This document shows positions 54,179 to 58,716 of a DNA stretch of 58,716 nucleotides, piece after piece. A model generated the notes under the pieces. It did no database searches and was not told the DNA's origin. It saw only the letters and a program-made list of their open reading frames with translations. This DNA comes from Candidatus Aphodosoma sp. (GTDB lineage Bacteria; Bacteroidota; Bacteroidia; Bacteroidales; Paludibacteraceae): the NCBI GenBank assembly GCA_045653825.1, contig JAZOMI010000049.1, positions 1-58,716 on the forward strand. Direction: 5' to 3'. A program made the position numbers and the translations under genes. The number at the start of each line of letters is the position of its first letter. Position 1 is the stretch's first letter.

Positions 54179-54931
54179 CTAACTCCTCATTGTATGAAAT
54201 ATATTCTCTATCGACCCATATTTCGCCACAAGCGCATCCTTCTCGCCCTGCTCAATCACATTACCCTTATTGATAACTATTACATCGTCGCATACTTGCT
54301 CCACCTCTTGCATAATATGAGTAGAAAATATCACCAATCTATCACGCCCCAAATCCTTAATCAACTGACGAATTTCTATCAACTGATTAGGGTCAAGACC
54401 TGTAGTAGGCTCATCGAGTATCAACACTTTCGGATTATGAATGATAGCCGCTGCAATACCCACTCTCTGACGATACCCCTTCGACAACTGCTTAATCAAC
54501 TTATGAGACTCACTCGTCAACCCCGTCCGCTCAATCACCTCCTCCACAACTTCTTTTTTCGCTAACTGTGCATTGTGCATTTTTCGCCAAGGCTCAAGAC
54601 CTTTGGTTGTGCATTGTGCATTATATATCCCTGCCACAAAGTCCAAATATTCACGCACATACATATCCAAATACAACGGATTGTGTTCTGGCAAATATCC
54701 CACCAATCTCTTAGTATCCACATCATCCACCGCCACTCTCTTGCCATCAATCAACACTTCTCCCTCATCGGCAGCAATATAACCCGTAACAATCTTCATC
54801 AACGTAGATTTACCCGCCCCATTCGGACCCAATAAACCCACAATGCGCCCAGCACCAAACTCCTGACATATAGAGTTCAACACCCTCTGCGCATCATAAC
54901 TTTTCGATATATTCTTTATTTCTAACAACAT
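54179..54931 (-). CDS. ABC transporter ATP-binding protein (GldA-like) carrying a ~19-codon repeat-derived insertion
   Basis: 250 aa with Walker A GPNGAGKST, signature LSKGYRQR and Walker B VLILDEPT. The extra segment NAQCTTKGLEPWRKMHNAQ is encoded by intergenic-type words (54566-54622). Confidence 0.85.
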   Translation of the reverse strand: MLLEIKNISKSYDAQRVLNSICQEFGAGRIVGLLGPNGAGKSTLMKIVTGYIAADEGEVLIDGKRVAVDDVDTKRLVGYLPEHNPLYLDMYVREYLDFVAGIYNAQCTTKGLEPWRKMHNAQLAKKEVVEEVIERTGLTSESHKLIKQLSKGYRQRVGIAAAIIHNPKVLILDEPTTGLDPNQLIEIRQLIKDLGRDRLVIFSTHIMQEVEQVCDDVIVINKGNVIEQGEKDALVAKYGSIENIFHTMRS

Positions 54932-55181
54932 AATCTAATAACATCTATAATACCCTACATTACATTAACATTGTACATCAAAATACTATTAACCTAATAT
55001 TGTCCCCCTGTCTTAGGGGGACGAGCCCAATGGGCGGAAGGGGTCAAAAAATTAATAATAATTGAAACGCAAAAATACAAAAAAATTATGAATTCAACAC
55101 TAAAAAAATATAGTTATTTTCACTCAAAAAAAATAATTGTGCATTGTGCATTGTGCATTTTTTAGTAACTTTACGATCCGT

Positions 55182-55580
55182 ATGAAGACAAGAGAACAAA
55201 CACATATTCTAACACTCATCTTTGCAATGCTCATCAGCATTGCAACCACTTCTGTTGTCTCTCTCTTCACTACCGAATACGCCAAAGTTATATGCCAAAC
55301 TATAGAAAATAGCGAACCCCAAGAGCAACAAAAACCGCTATTTTCTCAACTATCGGCACTCAACATACAAATCACGGCAAACAATAGCAAACTGCCAACC
55401 TTCTCAACTCAAACTTTGGCAAAACGAGTATCGCAACAATCGACACTCAACAACCAACTCATATTAGCAAATAATATAATACACAACATCTTACGCGAGA
55501 ACAACTGTAGCCATATCCTATCTTACAGTCATCGTCCTCCGCTGTATTATATCTTTGCACTACATCGTATGCGGAATTAG
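55182..55580 (+). CDS. hypothetical membrane-anchored protein
   Basis: 132 aa from ATG 55182 (MKTREQTHILTLIFAMLISIATTSVV). The upstream 15 codons of the track ORF are TGTGCAT words. Confidence 0.4.
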   Translation: MKTREQTHILTLIFAMLISIATTSVVSLFTTEYAKVICQTIENSEPQEQQKPLFSQLSALNIQITANNSKLPTFSTQTLAKRVSQQSTLNNQLILANNIIHNILRENNCSHILSYSHRPPLYYIFALHRMRN

Positions 55581-55684
55581 CCTCCGCCCTTCCCCCCTAA
55601 ATAACACACACTTTTTTTCATGTCTGACAAGTCCGACTTGTCCGACCCGTCAGACTTATATACCAACTCTAAATTAAAAACTAA

Positions 55685-56188
55685 ATGAAAAATAATAATA
55701 TTCCAAAAAAGCTTCTCGAAGGTCTCAACACAACGGAAAAGCGCAATAGCGCATCAATCGTCAAAGCACTTGTATATCTTGCAGTGGCAGTAGCAGCAAC
55801 ATGCTCACTCATCTTTATCAAAGACAGCAAATCATCACTCTACATGTTCGCGGGTATCGTGGCAGCATTTGGCTACATCATGGCAGTATGCGTTCTAATC
55901 TTCGCTCATAAAGATATTCTCTGCGAAGGCAAACGCCTCAATGGACACACACTATATTTCGACACAGCCAACGCTAACGTTAAAAAAGCCATTGCATCAA
56001 AAGATGCCAAAGCATTGAAAAGTTACAAAAATGAAAGCGAAAATGGTCTTAAACTCGAATTGGCTTACTCAGACGACCACAGCATCGCACGCTATCGTCT
56101 CTATCGCTACATTCCATTTGAATTTCAACCAGATAGCGAAATCATCGAGCTCAATGCCAAACAAGTTAAAGTGTTAACACAACTTTAA
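55685..56188 (+). CDS. hypothetical two-TM protein with cytoplasmic C-terminal domain
   Basis: 167 aa with two TM helices. No family recognised. Confidence 0.5.
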   Translation: MKNNNIPKKLLEGLNTTEKRNSASIVKALVYLAVAVAATCSLIFIKDSKSSLYMFAGIVAAFGYIMAVCVLIFAHKDILCEGKRLNGHTLYFDTANANVKKAIASKDAKALKSYKNESENGLKLELAYSDDHSIARYRLYRYIPFEFQPDSEIIELNAKQVKVLTQL

Positions 56189-56411
56189 TACACAAAACAA
56201 ATAAAAGCACGGAAGTCACATTTTTCATAATCAAAAAGTTTAAAGTTAAAAGTTTCCACCGGCTTCCGTGCTTTTCATAAAAAAAAATAGCTGATAGCAA
56301 ATGCTTTCAGCTGTTTTTGCATAAAAAAGCCTTACAGAGGCGTAAAATGAATCCAAAAATTCTTTGTCTAACACTTAGGTTCACTTCAATTTTTAATTTC
56401 TTTGCAATATA

Positions 56412-57002
56412 TTACATTTTCATTTTCAGAAATGCACTTAATAAATTAAAATCCACTTCTATTTTACCAATAAGCTTTTCTTTCGGAAGTTCATATATTT
56501 TACTACGTTTCATAAAAGCATATGGTACTCCGTAAGAAAAATTTTCATACCCAATCCCCGTTTTACAAAGCACTCCGCGTGAATGCGTTCCGTCCCAAGA
56601 TTGACCAAATTTACTATATTCCATAGTATCTGATATAATTCTTGCCGCATGTGTCCATTCTTCAGAATCCTCTTTTTTATATAAAACAACCTTATCAAAA
56701 CCATCTTCCAAATGACTATTGGCGCATAAAGTAAATCCAACAGCTTCAAAAGCATGAATTAAGTCACTTGGCAACATTGTCTTTTCGACACCGTTAGGCC
56801 ACCAAAAACCAGGTCCATCCACGACATCAACCCATCTATCTTCAAATTGCATTGCCCATGCGATGCAATTATATTTTGGTGTTTCAGGACTAAGTATTTC
56901 AAAATTTACATCATCCATAAGATCTGGAAATACACTAATCAGTTTATCTCTATTATATTGAGTATTTAGATTTGTTCTAGTATTTGTATCCATCTTTGAC
57001 AA
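56412..57002 (-). CDS. hypothetical protein with papain-like Cys/His candidates (third gene of orphan operon)
   Basis: 196 aa. PKYNCIAWA and EEWTHAARI resemble the Cys and His motifs of papain-fold hydrolases. The start overlaps the upstream gene. Confidence 0.5.
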   Translation of the reverse strand: MSKMDTNTRTNLNTQYNRDKLISVFPDLMDDVNFEILSPETPKYNCIAWAMQFEDRWVDVVDGPGFWWPNGVEKTMLPSDLIHAFEAVGFTLCANSHLEDGFDKVVLYKKEDSEEWTHAARIISDTMEYSKFGQSWDGTHSRGVLCKTGIGYENFSYGVPYAFMKRSKIYELPKEKLIGKIEVDFNLLSAFLKMKM

Positions 57003-57394
57003 GCATCATTTAAACTGACATAACCTTCATATTTCATTACTCCAGGAAAAATCTTATCTAGTGCATGAACTAAAGGGGTTGGACCTTTCTTTAATTCATC
57101 AAGAATAAATGGCACAGCATCAACTCCCATATTGACAATACTCTGAAAATATGAATTATCAACATTATTAGTTGAGAGAAATACGGTTTCTTTATTCCAA
57201 TATTTAAAGTTCTGCACAAAGATAGCGTTCTGATCCGTTTTGCGCATATCTATATTCTTAGCATTACCATTATTATCTACTAATGAAATAGAAGAAGAGA
57301 ATGTAAATGCTGGCTCACCATTTGCTTTTAATTCTCGTTCAGATAAAGATAAATCCAAACGGCCTATTGTATTTACATTAACACTATTTACCAT
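56966..57394 (-). CDS. hypothetical protein (second gene of orphan operon)
   Basis: 142 aa. Overlaps both neighbours (11 nt and 37 nt). No family recognised. Confidence 0.5.
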   Translation of the reverse strand: MVNSVNVNTIGRLDLSLSERELKANGEPAFTFSSSISLVDNNGNAKNIDMRKTDQNAIFVQNFKYWNKETVFLSTNNVDNSYFQSIVNMGVDAVPFILDELKKGPTPLVHALDKIFPGVMKYEGYVSLNDACQRWIQILEQI

Positions 57395-57770
57395 CTTTCA
57401 ATATTAATTTAAATGGATGATTAACTACAAGTTCATCATCAAAAAAGACTTGAAATTTATATTCACCAAGAGAATTAAATATAATACCTTTAAAACCTGC
57501 AAGTAAATTCATTTTTTCAGCCTTATCAATGTGGTTATATGAACCATTTGTATCAAATAATACTTCACAATCATCATCTGATTTTATAATAAGCATTCGT
57601 ATTTTTTGATACTCCTTTTGATTATCTGACATGTTTATTTTTGCTGCAAAATGAAAATAAGCTCTCCAAGGAAATTTCAAAGCAACGATTGCATCAAATG
57701 TATCTACAATAGTAAGACGCCCATTATGTTCTGATGCATATTCACATAGGGTGCAAATTTCTAGTTTCAT
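57384..57770 (-). CDS. hypothetical small beta-rich protein (first gene of orphan operon)
   Basis: 128 aa (MKLEICTLCEYASEHNGRLTIVDTFDAI...). No firm family assignment. Confidence 0.5.
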   Translation of the reverse strand: MKLEICTLCEYASEHNGRLTIVDTFDAIVALKFPWRAYFHFAAKINMSDNQKEYQKIRMLIIKSDDDCEVLFDTNGSYNHIDKAEKMNLLAGFKGIIFNSLGEYKFQVFFDDELVVNHPFKLILKDGK

Positions 57771-57792
57771 AATCTTATAGTAATTCGGTTTG

Positions 57793-57800
57793 CAAAGTTA
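57793..57800 (-). promoter_or_regulatory. -7 promoter box of the orphan three-gene operon
   Basis: Revcomp of CAAAGTTA is TAACTTTG, 23 nt upstream of the ATG at 57770. Confidence 0.6.
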
Positions 57801-58047
57801 CAAAATTATTTTCATATATAATCATCTTACCATGCAAATATTAATGATTGTTTGATATAATACATACATATTACAAATTATAGACCATTTTATGTATAGA
57901 CAATTATTAAATATAACCCGTTGGCGGAATTAATTTTTAATTTTACTAATAAAAATAGAACAAAAAAACAACAAAAAAAGTTGCACATATCGTTGATTTT
58001 TAGTAACTTTATAGTGACCAAACAATAAAAAACTAAAAATTTTCAAC

Positions 58048-58716
58048 ATGTACAACTTGGTTTCAAATTTCGTAAAAATTCTTGACATATGCAAGAAATT
58101 CTCAAATAATCTAGTAGACAATCGTGGAAATATACCCAGAAGAGGAGTTATACCTCGTTTTTCTGATTTAGAAGTTATTGCACTTAGTCTTACTGCTGAA
58201 AATTTTAGCATTGATAGTGAGTCTTATCTATTTCATTTACTTAAAAAATATAAATCAGAAATACCAAATTTAATTTCTCGTCGTCAATACAATGATAGAC
58301 GAAAATATACAGCTGATCTATGTGAGCAAATACGAAAAAATATTGTTCAAGCAATAGATGGGAAAGAAGATATTTTTAGCATAGATTCAAAACCAATTCC
58401 AGTTTGTCGCAAAGTACGTGCAAAACGCTGTAAATTAGGAAAAACAGATTATATAACAGCACCAGATTTTGGATATTGTGCTTCACAACGTTGTTATTAT
58501 TGGGGTTATAAACTACATGTTTTATGCGGTGTTAATGGTATTATTCACTCTTATGATATGACAAAAGCTAGTGTAAATGATGTGAAATATTTACAGGATG
58601 TCAAATACGAGTATTTCAATTGTACAATCATAGGTGATAAAGGTTATATAGGAACTGATATACAACTCGATTTATTTGAATCGTCTCAAATTAAATTAGA
58701 AGTTCCTTATCGCTTA
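58048..58716 (+). CDS. IS982-family DDE transposase (N-terminal 223 codons, runs off window end)
   Basis: Open frame from ATG 58048 to the window end. RFSDLEVIALSL, IDSKPIPVCR, YWGYKLHVLCGVNGIIHSYDMTKASVNDV and IIGDKGYI match IS982-type transposases from memory. Not in the ORF track because there is no stop in the window. Confidence 0.7.
   Translation, partial: MYNLVSNFVKILDICKKFSNNLVDNRGNIPRRGVIPRFSDLEVIALSLTAENFSIDSESYLFHLLKKYKSEIPNLISRRQYNDRRKYTADLCEQIRKNIVQAIDGKEDIFSIDSKPIPVCRKVRAKRCKLGKTDYITAPDFGYCASQRCYYWGYKLHVLCGVNGIIHSYDMTKASVNDVKYLQDVKYEYFNCTIIGDKGYIGTDIQLDLFESSQIKLEVPYRL

Noticed and set aside
55620-55660. Inverted repeat GTCTGAC...GTCAGAC enclosing two GTCCGAC units downstream of 55182..55580.
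   Set aside because: It occurs only once in the window and has a weak stem. It may be another intergenic word or a terminator, but the evidence is insufficient.
57930-58211. 93-aa minus-strand ORF at the left edge of the IS982 element.
   Set aside because: It is antisense to the start of the IS982-type transposase frame and has low-complexity sequence.

Overview
This 58.7 kb window comes from a low-GC Bacteroidales-type chromosome, judged from TAnnTTTG -7 promoter boxes, a T9SS C-terminal sorting domain and conserved gene order. All homology calls are from reading the translations; no searches were run.

Host backbone:
- infB-nusA-rimP on the minus strand, then a PUR-like DUF3276 gene.
- nusB-yajC-YbbR-coaE-mtgA on the plus strand.
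- An AT-rich accessory patch holding a membrane-anchored LuxR-type regulator and small secreted proteins.
- After the prophage: three AT-rich surface or lipoprotein genes, rodA-mrdA-mreD-mreC-mreB, a MOP-family flippase, ruvB, an ABC ATPase, two small membrane proteins, an orphan 3-gene operon, and a partial IS982-family transposase at the right edge.

Prophage: positions ~11,564-42,787 are a ~31.2 kb higher-GC Mu-like transposable prophage.
- It is bounded by exact inverted TGTACATTT-core end sites and appears to split a lipoprotein gene.
- Early genes: CI/LexA-like repressor, Ner-like protein, AAA+ B-like ATPase, DDE transposase, GemA-like and Gam-like proteins.
- Late genes: gpG-like protein, amidase, MuF, DUF935 portal, gp36-like protein, terminase, protease, capsid, and a contractile tail with baseplate.

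Most interesting observations:
1. Almost every intergenic spacer, in both host and prophage, is built from tandem heptanucleotide words in a fixed order relative to the flanking genes, plus a small set of interspersed hairpin words. Copies also sit in frame inside two host genes (an ABC ATPase and mreC).
2. A prophage island carries four promoter / short structured RNA / terminator cassettes. One of them is antisense to the 3' end of a compositionally chimeric MuF gene.
3. Two candidate -1 frameshift sites (portal into MuF, and the tail chaperone pair) share the layout slippery heptamer, 2 nt, GTAGGGGCTWAC.
4. The prophage left end has a C-depleted, GT-rich ~0.8 kb noncoding region with tandem promoter-like repeats.
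5. The prophage carries an atypical tRNA(CAU).
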